DNA of 64,000 nucleotides from Sarcophilus harrisii (Eukaryota): NCBI GenBank assembly GCA_048593225.1, contig CM109175.1, positions 261,479,655 to 261,543,654 of the forward strand. The letters are read 5' to 3'. Below are positions 8,998 through 19,808 of the stretch, in pieces. The notes under the pieces are model-generated. The model saw only the letters and a program-made list of their open reading frames with translations, had not been told where the DNA came from and ran no database searches. Position 1 is the first letter of the stretch. Each line of letters starts with the position of its first letter. Position numbers and translations under genes: made by a program.

Positions 8998-9959
8998 CTG
9001 GAAAGTAGAGGCCACAGATAAGGGACATTCATTCTTTCTATCTGTTATTTAGCAATAGCTATATATAACTTGCAGAGTGGTATCCTGTTGGATACTGATT
9101 TGGCAACAATCTAAGAGATGCTGCCTGGCTGCCTGGTCCTCCATCTGTCTAGGTAAAGAGCTATCTAAAAAACTGGAAATGTACCTGCCAATCAGTTGGG
9201 GAATGAACAAATCATAAAATATGAGTGTAATGTGTTAAGGGACAGGCCAATTCTCCGAGAGCCTCCACAGCTGTGGATCATAGCATCTGAAGGAGTTGCA
9301 GGGCAGCCTTGGCTGACACAGGTGTTGCGGATTGGGAATGAAATAAACTGGAGGCAGAAGGAAGAGGAGAGAGGTCAGACAACACAACGGCCTCTCAGTC
9401 AGAGAGGTCAGAGAACAGTAACTGCCTTTCAGTCTTTTTGTATCATCCTCTCACAAGAGGAGATCCATTCTGGGTTGGATCTCCAGCAGCCACTGTCAGG
9501 TGGCTCCCGTGTATTCCAACAGTAATGGAATATTGTGCCACAATAAACACTGAATACAAGGAATCTGGAGAAACAGGAAGATTAATGTGAACTGATAAAA
9601 TAAAGCAAATAGAACCAGGAAATTGATATGCAAAAATCTCTAGTAAGCTAAAACAACATTAAAATGAAATCAAATATTGTAACACAATAACCACTCTTAG
9701 TCCTGAGTTAAAAAGAGATGGACACACACCTCCCTTTTTTCCTTTGAGGAGGTGGTAATTTCTGATAACAAAATGTTGTATATGTTGTCTGACACTACCT
9801 GACAATTTTCCCTAAGCATTTACTCTACCTAAGTTTTCTTTCAAGATAAGGAATATCCTCCCAATAACCCAGTCTCACAAACTATGTGTCCTAGACTCTT
9901 CACTCTTTCTCATCCCCCACAGCCAGTCTATTGCTAAGGCCTGTCAAGTTTACTTTCAT

Positions 9960-10045
9960 GAATTCTCTTCTATATTCTCTAAATTCTAAATTCTAAACTA
10001 ATTCTAATTCTAAACTCTAAATTCTCCTAAATTCTCTCCTATATT
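9960..10045. repeat. Microsatellite (TTCTAAA/TTCTAAT)n
   Basis: TCTAAATTCTAAATTCTAAACTAATTCTAATTCTAAACTCTAAATTCTCCTAAATTCTC. Confidence 0.85.
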
Positions 10046-11808
10046 CCTCCTTCTTGTCTTCTCTCTACATATAACCTCTTCAGCTATCATGGGTTCAATT
10101 ACTATCTCTACACAGTTGGTTCCCAGATGTATATAGATAGATCCCATTCTCTCTCCTGAGTTTCAGGTCCACATCATCACTTGGCCTATTTCAAACTGGA
10201 TGCTCCTCAGACATCTCAAACTTAATATGTTTAAAACAGAACTCGTAGCCTTTTCCCCAGAACCTACCTGTCTTCTAAACTTCCCTATTAGTGTAGAGAG
10301 CACTACCATCTATCAAGTTTCCTAGGCTCTCAACATCAATCTTTGCTCACCCTACACATCCAACCAGATACCAAATCTGGCCACCTCTATCTTCACAACC
10401 AGACTCTCTCTATTCACACAGCTATCATCCTACTTCAGGATTCATTATCTCTTACCTGGACTATTGAAGTAGCCTGCCATTCATCCATCAGTCTCAAGTC
10501 TCTCCTCCCACAGCCACCAAAGTGACTTTCCTAAAGTGTAGATCTGACTAAGTCACTCCCTTAAGTCAACAAATTCCAGGGGCCTCTGATTGCTTCTAGA
10601 ATCAAATATAAACTCCTCTATTTGGCACTTAAACTTTTCATAACCAGTTCTTCTACCTTTCAGTCATATATGTATGTGTGTGTGTGTGTATATATTTTTT
10701 TCCATTTCCATTCTCCTTAGCTTTGTACTAACTGGCTGCCATGTCTGACATACTCTCCCTTCCCATCTCTGCCCTCTTGGAATCCCTATGTTCTTTCAGG
10801 ACTTTAAGTTCACACACTATCTTCTGCATCTGGCTTTTCTTGATCTCTCCATCCCTTCCTGCTCCCTACTCCAGATGTTAGTGCCTTCTCCTCCCTGCAA
10901 GGGTTATGATTTATCTCTCTATGTGTGATCTCCCTATTTCTGCAACTATATATGCAATCTCCCCCATTAGAATATAAGCTCCTTGAGGGCAATAAATAAT
11001 TAGCTTTTGTTTTAGCCACTGACTAAGCAGTGTCTATTACATAGTAGGTATTTAATAAATGCTTGCCGATCAGCTGGTTTTGTTTAATTTTGTGACAAGG
11101 AAAAACTCATGATTGGGGATAGTATGTTAGGAAATGACTAATGTAAAAATAAAAGTTATCAATCAAAAAGAAAAGAAGATAGCTGCCTAGAGGCAAAGGT
11201 AGGAACAAATGGAGTCCCACAGGGTGCTATGATTTGATTATCTTAAGCCTTGGGCCTGGAGTCAGAAAGAACTGAGTTCACATCTAGTCTCAGACAAATA
11301 CTAGCCATGTGATTCTGGACATGTCACTAAACATCTGTATTTGTTTCCTCAACCATAAAATGGGAATAATAATAACACCTATCCTGCTAGGTTGTTGTGA
11401 AATTCAAATAAGATGATATTAAAAAAAAAAAAAACACAAGAGTGCCTGACACATATAAATTCTTATTCTCTGCTCTTTTCCCTTCACTTATTCAAAGACG
11501 CTATAGAAGAATCTAAACTTGGAAGCAGGATTACTGAGTTTTAGGCCTGAATCAGCATTCATGTCAGGCCCATTAATTAATATCACTGTATACATGACAT
11601 ATGATTAGTCACTGGTTGTGCATGCCTTTCTGTCATGAACCCACAGGAGGTCCAACGTATTCATTGCTACTAGACACAAATCTTCAAATCCTATGGAAAT
11701 TATGGGAATTTGGGGACCAAACTAAGGTGGGAATGGTTGAAGGGATTGGAGAATCTGACATCTACCCTATTAAACCATCCTTTCTTATAGAAAAGATTTT
11801 CCATTTAC

Positions 11809-11922
11809 CAGCATGGCATCCTTAGTCCAGGAACAACCCGTGACCCAGTCACGGTGACAAGCAGGAAGGAAATTTATCAAAACAGGAGCCTCGGGTGTCC
11901 TCACATTCCAACACTGAAGACT
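11809..11922 (-). CDS. TEP1: TEP1 exon: SLQCWNVRTPEAPVLINFLPACHRDWVTGCSWTKDAML (WD40)
   Basis: The acceptor is ttttctcag|AGTCTT and the donor CATGCTG|gtaaat. The exon is 38 codons long. It matches human SLLCWDVRTPKTPVLIHSFPACHRDWVTGCAWTKDNLL. Confidence 0.88.
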
Positions 11923-12621
11923 CTGAGAAAAAAGACATTACACTTATGGTCAAGCCAAGAACAAAGGGACAGATGTTTTAGGGTAGAAAGGAGACTGGCA
12001 AACGAGTGAGGCAGATATAATATGAAGGAAAAGCAAATCAATAGAACCAAATGTTCAGGACTGACAGCATCTGGACCAGCATCTGGGATAGAATATTAGG
12101 GGCAAAATGGGGAGACAGATTAGATATAAAATTAGATGTAGATATAGATATAAAAATAGATGTAGACATAGATGTAGGTGTCAATATAAATATGTAGATA
12201 GATATCAAATGAACTTCTCTATAGTTTCTAGGATTTGAGAGGAAATATGAGCATGAAAGCTTGGGATGTCTTTCTATTCTAGAAGTATCTAGTTCCATTT
12301 TGAAACAATCATTCTTTCTAGGTGTAAAATGTCCTTTAGTTTCTCTCATTCTACAAGGATCAAATTTGCTATCTAGAAAAAAGACCTCTTTGCTTTTATT
12401 TTTCTTTTGTATTTGGATAAAAACTGAAGAAATTAGAGAAATTAAAGTTTACCTTGGGAAAAACTCACAATTTGTTTGGTGTTATGTAAACTGTTTAGTG
12501 TTATGGAAATTCATGGCTAAGAGTTGAGGAATCCAATAGTATCAGTTGGCTTCAAAGAACTAGTATGGCAGAGCAGGAATGAACAGCAGAAAGGCCAATG
12601 TGATATTCTATTATGGTTTAC

Positions 12622-12774
12622 CTGATCCCTGCTGCCAGTGGCCAGGATGCTCCCATCAGGGCTAAAACTGCAGCAGGTGACAGGTCCTTTATGTCCATGG
12701 AGCTCTTCTATCATCTCTGGCTGGGTCAGGAAGGACAGTGACCATAATCTCACAGTAAAGTCCTCTGCAGTAGG
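12622..12774 (-). CDS. TEP1: TEP1 exon: (E)DFTVRLWSLSFLTQPEMIEELHGHKGPVTCCSFSPDGSILATGSRDQ (WD40)
   Basis: It lies in ORF 12517..12918(-). The acceptor is ctactgcag|AGGACTT and the donor GATCAG|gtaaac. The exon is 51 codons long. It matches human EDFTVQLWPRQLLTRPHKAEDFPCGTELRGHEGPVSCCSFSTDGGSLATGGRDR. Confidence 0.88.
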
Positions 12775-13804
12775 CAATGAGAAGTTTGTATACTTAAGAA
12801 AAGAGAAAAGAAAAGGATGTCCACAATAGTAGACCCCACCCAAGGTAAGGACAGAGGACAAACATGTTAAGTCTCCAGAAACTGAGAAAAAATCTAAACG
12901 CATAGGGAACAGGGACAAGATCGGGTATGAATTCTCCCTATTCTATCTTTACAAATCCAACTCAAATACCCTCTCCTTCACAAAGCTTTACTAATCTTTC
13001 AGTTAATATGTCCGCATGATCTTCAAAGGCACTTTATACATTTTCTCACATACGTAAACGTCAGGTATTTTTCTGTATTATAGTTATTTGTATATATATC
13101 CTATCCCACTGCTAGTCAGGAATTACAACTTATCCAAATTTTGGTCTTCCCCAGAACCTTGTACTATACTTGCACACAACAAGTGCTTAATTAAAGTAAA
13201 TAGAAATGAAATGAATTGGGGGAAAAAAAAAAAAGAGACTGGAGCAGTCCTATGGAGGCAAGTGACAAGGATACATCTATGCACTATAAGTAGGCTTCTA
13301 GGTTCAAAGATAAGACATAGTGTCATGTCCACAGAAGGTATTTAATAAGTCTGTTGAACTGTGTAAGTGCTATGAATGCATTACAAGTAATGTCCATCTA
13401 GTTAATATCAATATTTATGCTTCCCCACTTCAACTAGAACTTCACCACAATTTGGCAATTCTTCAGGCGTTGAAACCACAGTAACTCTTCCTCAAACTCC
13501 CAGTGCCAACTCTCAACATTATTTCATTCATAGCAGATGACCATGTCTCTTCTTCCACTGAAAAGAATGAGGCCATAGAACATGAAGTGCCTCCTGTACC
13601 TTCATCTTGACTGCAGCATTCTCTTTTCTTCCCTTTTGACTTAGAAGAAGAGCTCTCCTTCCCAAAGTTAACTAATCTTCCCATTTGCATAAGTCTATCT
13701 GATTTATAGGGACCAAGAACAGGTCTCCAGGACTGACTAGCCCTCAGATTTATGACTATTTCAGATATCATAGTCTGGTCCATTAAGGTTTCCTCTGCTC
13801 GGAC

Positions 13805-14275
13805 CAGAAGATCATTATATACTTCAACAACAATACTATATGATGATCAATTCTGATGGACCTGGCCATCCTCAAGCAATGAGATCAACCAAATCAGTTC
13901 CATTTGTTCAATAATGAAGAGAACCAACTACACCCAGAGAGAGAACTGTGGGAAATGAGTGTGAAACACTACATAGAATTCCCAATCCCTGTGTTTTTGT
14001 CCACCTGCATTTTTTATTTCCTTCACAGGTTAATTATACACTATTTCAAAGTCTGATTCTTTTTGTACAGCAAAATAACTGTATGGACATGTGTACATAT
14101 ATTGTATTTAATTTATACTTTAACATATTTAACATGTATTGGTCTACCTGCCATCTGGCGGGGGGGAGGGGGGAAGGAGGGAAAAAGTTGAAACAGAAGG
14201 TTTGGCAATTGTCAATGCTGAAAAATTACCCATGCATATATCTTGTAAATAAAAAGCTATAATAAAAAAAGATTT
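13805..14275 (+). mobile_element. Truncated L1 3' end, + strand (antisense to TEP1)
   Basis: CAATGAGATCAACCAAATCAGTTCC..GAACCAACTACACCCAGAGAGAGAACTGTGGGAAATGAG..TTGTACAGCAAAATAACTGT..GGGGGGAGGGGGGAAGGAGGGAAAAAGTTGAAACAGAAGGTTTGGCAATTGTCAATGCTGAAAAATTACC..AAATAAAAAGCTATAATAAAAAAAG is a shared L1 tail. Confidence 0.7.
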
Positions 14276-14299
14276 CCTCTGCTCATTCCTTTGGCTTAC

Positions 14300-14512
14300 C
14301 TGAGGCAGAGGCAAAGAGTGTCTGGGAGGTAGCTAAACCCAATACAGCCTTCTGGTGTGCGGGCAAAAGCCAGAGACAAGTGGGTGCTACATCTCCAAGC
14401 ACCCAGCACTGAAGATCCCCATCTTCTCCACCACTCACCAGGACCCTGTCGCTCAACCAAGCCAGTGCAGACACTGCCACGGCTGACATTGGGCAATGAC
14501 TCTCCTCCGTAC
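14300..14512 (-). CDS. TEP1: TEP1 exon: GTEESHCPMSAVAVSALAWLSDRVLVSGGEDGDLQCWVLGDVAPTCLWLLPAHQKAVLGLATSQTLFASAS (WD40)
   Basis: It lies in ORF 14283..14546(-). The acceptor is tgtctag|GTACGG and the donor CCTCAG|gtaagc. The exon is 71 codons long. It matches human ..ALDVAVSALAWLSPKVLVSGAEDGSLQGWALKECSLQSLWLLSRFQKPVLGLATSQELLASASE. Confidence 0.88.
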
Positions 14513-14628
14513 CTAGACAAACAGAACAGCTTAGAGTAGAGCCCAAGGCTTGACCCCTACCCAGGCTCCTATGACAAATGTCTTCTTCCCTTGCCCCATT
14601 TATTTCTTGTTACACAAAATCTCAATAC

Positions 14629-14782
14629 CTGAAGAGGTACTGTAGATTCTGATGCCATCTGTATGATGACCAACAGCCACATAAGTCTGATCTGGACTGA
14701 TTGCCACAGAGAGGGCAGGTGAAAGGGAAAAGGAACCCAAAACTCCTTTGGGCCGGCCCAGGGATCCTGACCATACTTGTAC
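14629..14782 (-). CDS. TEP1: TEP1 exon: VQVWSGSLGRPKGVLGSFSLSPALSVAISPDQTYVAVGHHTDGIRIYSTSS (WD40)
   Basis: The acceptor is ggctctag|GTACAAG and the donor TCTTCAG|gtattg. The length is 154 nt and the phase is consistent. The peptide is nearly identical to human VQVWSGSLGRPRGHLGSLSLSPALSVALSPDGDRVAVGYRADGIRIYKISSG. Confidence 0.9.
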
Positions 14783-15074
14783 CTAGAGCCCAACATAAAT
14801 AGTGATACCAACAGATTATTCAATATGCAAAGAAAGCTGCTCCCCCATACATTAGAAATTCTTTTTTTCAGAGGCTTTCAAAACAAAAGCTGCAAAATAG
14901 TGGGAACCTACTTAGAACAAACCCTGCCCTTGCCCTTAGATTCCATTTATCCTGATTTCTCCAACAGAGGCACTCCCCGCAATCTGCCTGTCTTTTCATG
15001 GATCTTTCCCACTCAGGGGTACATCTTCATAAAGAGTCTCTTCCTAAAATTCAGAGGTTCTTTCCAATAAAAAG

Positions 15075-15235
15075 AGACACAGGGGCAGCTAGATGGCACA
15101 GTGGATAAAGCACCGGCCTGAAGTTAGGAGGACCTGAGTTCAAATCTGGCCTCAGACACTTAACGCTTCCTAGTTGTGTGATCCTGGGCAAGTCACTTAA
15201 CCCCTCTTGCAAAAAAAAAAAAAAAAAAAGAGACA
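15075..15235 (+). mobile_element. Marsupial tRNA-derived SINE (SINE1/Mar1-like) with poly(A) tail
   Basis: GGGGCAGCTAGATGGCACAGTGGATAAAGCACCGGCCTGAAGTTAGGAGGACCTGAGTTCAAATCTGGCCTCAGACACTTAACGCTTCCTAGTTGTGTGATCCTGGGCAAGTCACTTAACCCCTCTTGC(A)n. Related copies (not all listed) lie at 11215-11415(+), 44236-44350(+), 48660-48790(-), 51845-52075(-), 52600-52870(+), 55125-55270(-), 56965-57120(+), 59300-59380(-), 60240-60350(+), 33590-33700(-) and 34940-35090(-). Confidence 0.85.
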
Positions 15236-15318
15236 TAAAGATCCCATTTTGTCTCCCCAATGCCCTGAAGACCCACAGAAAATTCAGCTGTTCCCATCTG
15301 GATCATCCCTGAGCTGAC

Positions 15319-15531
15319 CTTGCCATCCTCCCCAGAAGTCAGCAGCTGGTGTCCAGATTGCAGGAAGAGAGCAGAAGAAACATATCCTTGGTGGGCAGGG
15401 AAAGCAGCCAATCGTGCTCCTTTCTGCCAAGCCCACAGTTCAACAATCCCATCCAGATGGCTGGCAGCCAAGACTGACCCATGAGGGGCAAATGTCACAG
15501 AACAGACTGAGGACCCTGAGCCTCCCAGCTC
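15319..15531 (-). CDS. TEP1: TEP1 exon: ELGGSGSSVCSVTFAPHGSVLAASHLDGIVELWAWQKGARLAAFPAHQGYVSSALFLQSGHQLLTSGEDGK (WD40)
   Basis: It lies in ORF 15193..15537(-). The acceptor is tcttgcag|GAGCTGG and the donor GGCAAG|gtcagc. The exon is 71 codons long. It matches human DLGAPGASIRTLAFNVPGGVVAVGRLDSMVELWAWREGARLAAFPAHHGFVAAALFLHAGCQLLTAGEDGK. Confidence 0.88.
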
Positions 15532-15682
15532 CTGCAAGATTAGGAGGAAAGGAAAAAGGGTATCGTGGGAGCACTTTCCACTCTATCCTTTTAGCATACC
15601 AAACCTTTAGATGCACTCTTCCCCAGCCATAATAAGTCCTTCCTTCTCCTCCCTATCTCCACAATGATTAATACTTTCTCAC

Positions 15683-15838
15683 CATGATTACTCTGAGGCT
15701 GTCCGGTTGTAGAACACTCAGATACCCAGCCCAGTTTCCTGTGATGATCACCTGTCCCTCTGGGTGAAAGGCAACACAGTTCAGGGGCTTCTGGAACAAG
15801 TGCTGGGCAGCTAGCTTTCCATGAATTGTGTCCCACAG
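15683..15838 (-). CDS. TEP1: TEP1 exon: LWDTIHGKLAAQHLFQKPLNCVAFHPEGQVIITGNWAGYLSVLQPDSLRVIM (WD40)
   Basis: The acceptor is gtctgcag|CTGTGG and the donor ATCATG|gtgaga. The exon is 52 codons long. It matches human LWDTVRGQLAFQHTYPKSLNCVAFHPEGQVIATGSWAGSISFFQVDGLKVTK. Confidence 0.88.
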
Positions 15839-16140
15839 CTGCAGACAGAAACAGCTATTAGATACAATGTGCTAGGTCTTAAGATCCCCACAGCAAGACA
15901 TACTTTCCTGATTTGACTTCTCAGAGGACCCAAAGGTTATTCCATCTAATCCTCTACCTCTCTGAAATCTGTTTCTCCTCCCATCAAGCCAGATGGCACC
16001 CAGCCAAGTCTAACTCAGAAGAAGTATTTATGACTCAGAAATCACTGGATCAACTCTGCAGGGCTATCTCCTAGTCACCTTGTTATCCTTTTTGACAGCT
16101 AGTTCTTTTTCTATTACCAACCCAAGATTTTCAACTTTAC

Positions 16141-16254
16141 CTTCAAGTATCTATCCAAGGACACAGTAGCCAAAAGCCGGTGATCAGGGTTCAGGCAGCA
16201 GTCAGTGATTTGAAGCTGATGAGCTTTGATTTGGAATATCCTAAGTCCAGGAAA
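16141..16254 (-). CDS. TEP1: TEP1 exon: FPGLRIFQIKAHQLQITDCCLNPDHRLLATVSLDRYLK (WD40); alternative acceptor at about 16240
   Basis: The donor is TTGAAG|gtaaag. The candidate acceptors are cttgag|TTTCC (at 16254) or acttag|GATATTCC (at 16240). It matches human CRVLQTKAHQYQITGCCLSPDCRLLATVCLGGCLK. Confidence 0.75.
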
Positions 16255-16770
16255 CTCAAGTCAGGCCTGTGGATCTCCTTCCCTCCCTCATTAAGCTTTC
16301 TGGCTCTATTGCTTCTCTCCTCCCAATCCTTGGCCCCCTCCCACTACCAATCTTCAGGTGATTGTAGCCTAGACTTTAGGGAAGGAAGGACTGAAAGTGA
16401 ATGAGATTATATCAGTAAGAATCAGGGCTGATCTCTGGGGAAATTGGAGGTCTTACCGCCAGCCACCCTGGAGATCCCAGAGCTCTAGCCGACCGTCCGA
16501 GGCTGCGAGGAACAGAGTGGTATTTGAGGGGCACAGACAAGAAGAAATTCCATCACAGCCACTCACTATGGACTTCTCCTCCTGTGGAATACCAAAGTTC
16601 TGCTTAGCTTATACTTTCATTCTCTCATGTTCCTGACTTCCAATCCTAACCAAAAAAGGTATCTGAGACAACACAGTACCTCTCTGTACCCTCCTAACCC
16701 AGAGCACTGAGCTCCTCTGTACTCAGATTACTGTCCTGACTAAGAGGTCCTCAGCTTAGTCCTAGATCAC

Positions 16771-16848
16771 TCCTCTTCCCAAAGATTTGTGGTCTTCGTT
16801 GAAGTCGCAGTGGTCACAAAAACTCTGAACCAGAACCCTGGAACCTAC
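16771..16848 (-). CDS. TEP1: Tentative TEP1 exon: VGSRVLVQSFCDHCDFNEDHKSLGRG
   Basis: It sits in the correct position and phase (0/0) between the exons at 17913-18036 and 16141-16254. It shows weak similarity to human ..SVVSGCDGISACLFLSDDTLFLTAFDG. The acceptor context (gtaggtag|GTAGG) is poor, and the donor is GGA|gtgatc. Confidence 0.3.
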
Positions 16849-17149
16849 CTACCTACCTTGCCAGTCTTCTCTCCTACTTATGTGAGCCTTCCACTCCACC
16901 AGTCAGACCCACTTGCTGTCCCTCAACAAGTCATTTCCAACCAATCAGTTTCTATCATATTTGAATTTCATATATAGACCCCTAATAGGCACCTGACAAG
17001 TGTCCATTGGAATTAACTTGAATCCTCTGAGGAACAGCTTAGCTAAGTTTGGAGCAGCTTTTCTCCAGAAGGCTGGCCACAGAACAATGTAATGATGGGC
17101 CATGACAACTCAAGAAGACTATTTACAAGGTTTTATTGAACCTGGGACT

Positions 17150-17400
17150 ATAAAAAGAGAGAGCAAGAAAGAGAAATAGAAAGACACAGAGAGACAGAGA
17201 CAGACAAACACAGAGATAGAGACAGGCAGAGACGAGATAGAAAGGGACAGAAACAGAAACAAAAAGACAGGGAGGGAGGGAGAGAGAGACTAAGGGAGGG
17301 AAGGGAGGGAAGAAAGGAGAGACAAAGACAGAGAAAGAGAGACAAAGACAAAGAAAGACAGAGATAAGAGACAGAAAAAGAGAGAGAGACAGAGACAAAG
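17150..17400. repeat. Purine-rich (GA/AGAGACA)n low-complexity tract
   Basis: AGAGAGAGCAAGAAAGAGAAATAGAAAGACACAGAGAGACAGAGACAGACAAACACAGAGATAGAGACAGGCAGAGACGAGATAGAAAGGGACAGAAACAG.. The - strand ORFs at 17123-17562 (SLSLSL..) are artefacts of this tract. Confidence 0.85.
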
Positions 17401-17912
17401 TGTTGGAAAAGTGGAGGCTTCATTAGAAAGTGACAGTAATTTAAAAAAAGGAAAGGGCATGAAAAATATGTAAGAAGGCACAAAGTCATAATCTGCATCA
17501 ATAAAAGGAATTTCAGCACACAGTGCTGAAATTAGACATCTTTGCTGTATTGTCACATCCAATGCTAGTCATCATCTTTTTTATGGTCCTACACTATCCT
17601 TTATAAAGTCCTGGAATTCAGGGACCATATCTTTCTCTCCTTTGAATCTCTTCACAACTTTTTAATAGTTTTTAACACTTATTTGTCACTTGTTCAATTA
17701 CTTTCACTGATTGATGAATTATTCTAAGAAATCTTTGTCCCCTGGCCCTCAGGATTCTGGGGATGAATCTGTTGAAAAGGCAAGAGTGACATCATTTCAA
17801 GATGAATTTGATTGTCACTTGGTCTATAAGTTATGGTTGCCTGTGGAGTCATCCTGAAGGGCTCTTACTGTTCCTTCAACTTCTTCACTCTTTCTTTCCA
17901 TGGCTTTCCTAC

Positions 17913-18036
17913 CTGCCAGGTACATGTGTCTAGCAGGTGAACAATCCCACTGGCAGTAGCCACAATTGCCCGTTGTCCATTGGGGGAAAGATTCACGGCT
18001 GTAGGAGTCGAGGGAGGTACCAAAGACAGGCTGGAC
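17913..18036 (-). CDS. TEP1: TEP1 exon: SSLSLVPPSTPTAVNLSPNGQRAIVATASGIVHLLDTCTWQ (first WD40 repeat region)
   Basis: It lies in ORF 17865..18251(-). The acceptor is ctttttag|GTCCAGC and the donor TGGCAG|gtagga. It matches human SSLSLAVSSSPTAVAFSTNGQRAAVGTANGTVYLLDLRTWQ. Purine-rich low-complexity intron tracts flank it on both sides. Confidence 0.85.
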
Positions 18037-18049
18037 CTAAAAAGAAATT

Positions 18050-18240
18050 TTAAGAGAGTGAGGAAAATGGGAGGGGGGGGAGAGGAAAAAGAAAGAAATG
18101 GGAGGAAAGAAGTGAGGGAAGAGGGAGAAGTAGGAGAGGATAAGGAAGAGAAAGAGATGGGGAGGAGGAAAAAGCAGATAAGAAGGAAAAAAGGAGAGGG
18201 AAATAGGAAGGAGCAGGAAGAGAATGAACAGAATGTTCCA
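18050..18240. repeat. Purine-rich (GGA/GAA)n low-complexity tract immediately 5' (on the - strand) of TEP1 exon 17913-18036
   Basis: ..GGGAGGGGGGGGAGAGGAAAAAGAAAGAAATGGGAGGAAAGAAGTGAGGGAAGAGGGAGAAGTAGGAGAGGATAAGGAAGAGAAAGAGATGGGGAGGAGGAAAAAGCAGATAAGAAGGAAAAAAGGAGAGGG.. Confidence 0.85.
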
Positions 18241-19573
18241 TTATGTACCAATATGTAGATATATAACTATCACATCTCCTCAATTGGGTTTGTTCTCTCT
18301 TAAATTGTCTATTTATATAATATGTTATATATGTACAACATGTTACATAAATTATCTATTATATGTATTATTATATATTATATTAATATCTATTATATGA
18401 GTATATAAATTATGAGTACTTTTGTCACTCCAGAGTACCCTCTCTTCCCATCTTTAATGTGTACTTCATTATTCCTATTTTTCCCTTTCCCTCTACTGCC
18501 CGACTTTTAAGACTCCTCTCACTCTCCCTTTCCCATCCCCCTCAAATTCAATGGATGAGACAGAGGTGTAAACCTTCCCTCCTTTCTTAGTACCATTGTC
18601 CACCTTCCATGAATAATCATTTGAATTCCAAGATCTCTGGCTAAGCTACTTCCTTTTTAAATATTAACTACCATCTTCTCTCTGTGTATCTTACCCACCC
18701 ACCCACCTATTCCCACAATCTTAAAAACCTCAGGTCTTTAACTCAAGTCCTCCTTCTCTAATATGTTCTCTAGCATGAGTATCTACATTGGTATTATTTG
18801 ATAACTCTCACCTTTCTTAATTAACTTTACTCAAGACCCTCAAGAACTATATGCTAGCTTACCTTAAAGAGTTGTTGTGGGGATCAAATGAGATTACAAA
18901 TGTAAATCACTTTACAAAACTTAAAGCCTTCCAGTAGCATGAGTTTTTTGTTTCTCCCTATTACTTTAAATGCTGTTGTCCCCCATCAGGATGTGGATTT
19001 CTCAGAGGAGTAGGGAGAAGAAGAGCAACTGTTTTTGACTTTCTTTCTATCCCGAACACTTAACAACAGTGGCTATCACAAAGTAAGTTCTCAATAGAGA
19101 ACTGTTTGTTTTTAACAAAAAGCTTATGCTGGGCACATTTGCAAAGCTCTAGGGATATAAAAACAGTGGTCCCTATCTTCAAGGAACCAACTGTTTGCCT
19201 CTCCAGATGTCCATGTTTGTTCCAAATCCATCAGGCACCCACATGACCACAGCCTGCACTTCACAATTAGGAGGCACTCTTGCAGCTCTGAGGTATCGCT
19301 AAGTATAACTGTCTCATGTGCCATTTCTTCCAATGAATCTATCCTCCACTTGCTATCTCTTCTATTAGATCCAGAGTATTAACTATCTGCTGGCTATCCT
19401 ATGCTCCTTCTTCATCACTGACTCCATGACCAATTACCATCCAGGATGCTAGTCTGTGTGCCCCCTGATCTTCCACCAAGGCTACCTCTGATTCTGGACT
19501 GCTCCCACCTTCTCAGGTCTGCTACTTGAACATAACTGGCTCAGCAGAGATTTACAGAGAGTGGAAGCAATAC

Positions 19574-19808
19574 CTTTGCTGAGCTTCCATGGTCTGGGGC
19601 TTGTTGAGCCAGTGCAAGATGGGCTGGGAAGACCATCTCTGGGAAAGCTTTGAAACCTGGTGGCAGATAGGAGAGTTGGAGGGCTGGTTGGCTGCCTGCT
19701 GGGCCAGGAGAGCTGGATACTGGGTGAGCAGCTTGGATTGCTGCTTCAGGAATGTGTGGAATACAGTGACATTTGGCTCGGAGGGCTCATCCACAGGGAC
19801 TGAAGATG
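19574..19808 (-). CDS. TEP1: TEP1 exon: SSVPVDEPSEPNVTVFHTFLKQQSKLLTQYPALLAQQAANQPSNSPICHQVSKLSQRWSSQPILHWLNKPQTMEAQQ
   Basis: It lies in ORF 19552..19911(-). The acceptor is cggatag|CATCTTC and the donor CAGCAAAG|gtattg. The length is 235 nt and the phase is consistent with the downstream exon. It matches human ASSVPKEEQKLPEADVAVFRTFLRQQASILSQYPRLLPQQAANQPLDSPLCHQASLLSRRWHLQHTLRWLNKPRTMKNQQ. Confidence 0.85.

Noticed and set aside
12038-12349. 103-aa - strand ORF (MRETKGHFTPRKNDCFKMELDTSRIERHPKLSC...) near TEP1 exons
   Set aside because: It spans a (GATA/TAGA)-type simple repeat and intronic sequence. It has no TEP1 or other protein similarity, and no splice sites put it in phase with neighbouring exons.
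15075-15235. tRNA-like sequences (GGGGCAGCTAGATGGCACAGTGGATAAAGCACCGG... and relatives at many positions)
   Set aside because: These are tRNA-derived SINE heads. They are present in many dispersed copies with poly(A) tails. They are not functional tRNA genes, since they do not fold into a full cloverleaf with an intact acceptor stem and CCA context.
17123-17562. - strand ORFs of Ser/Leu/Cys/Phe repeats (SLSLSLFLSL...)
   Set aside because: They are translations of the GA-rich (AGAGACA)n tract. The sequence is low-complexity and not coding.
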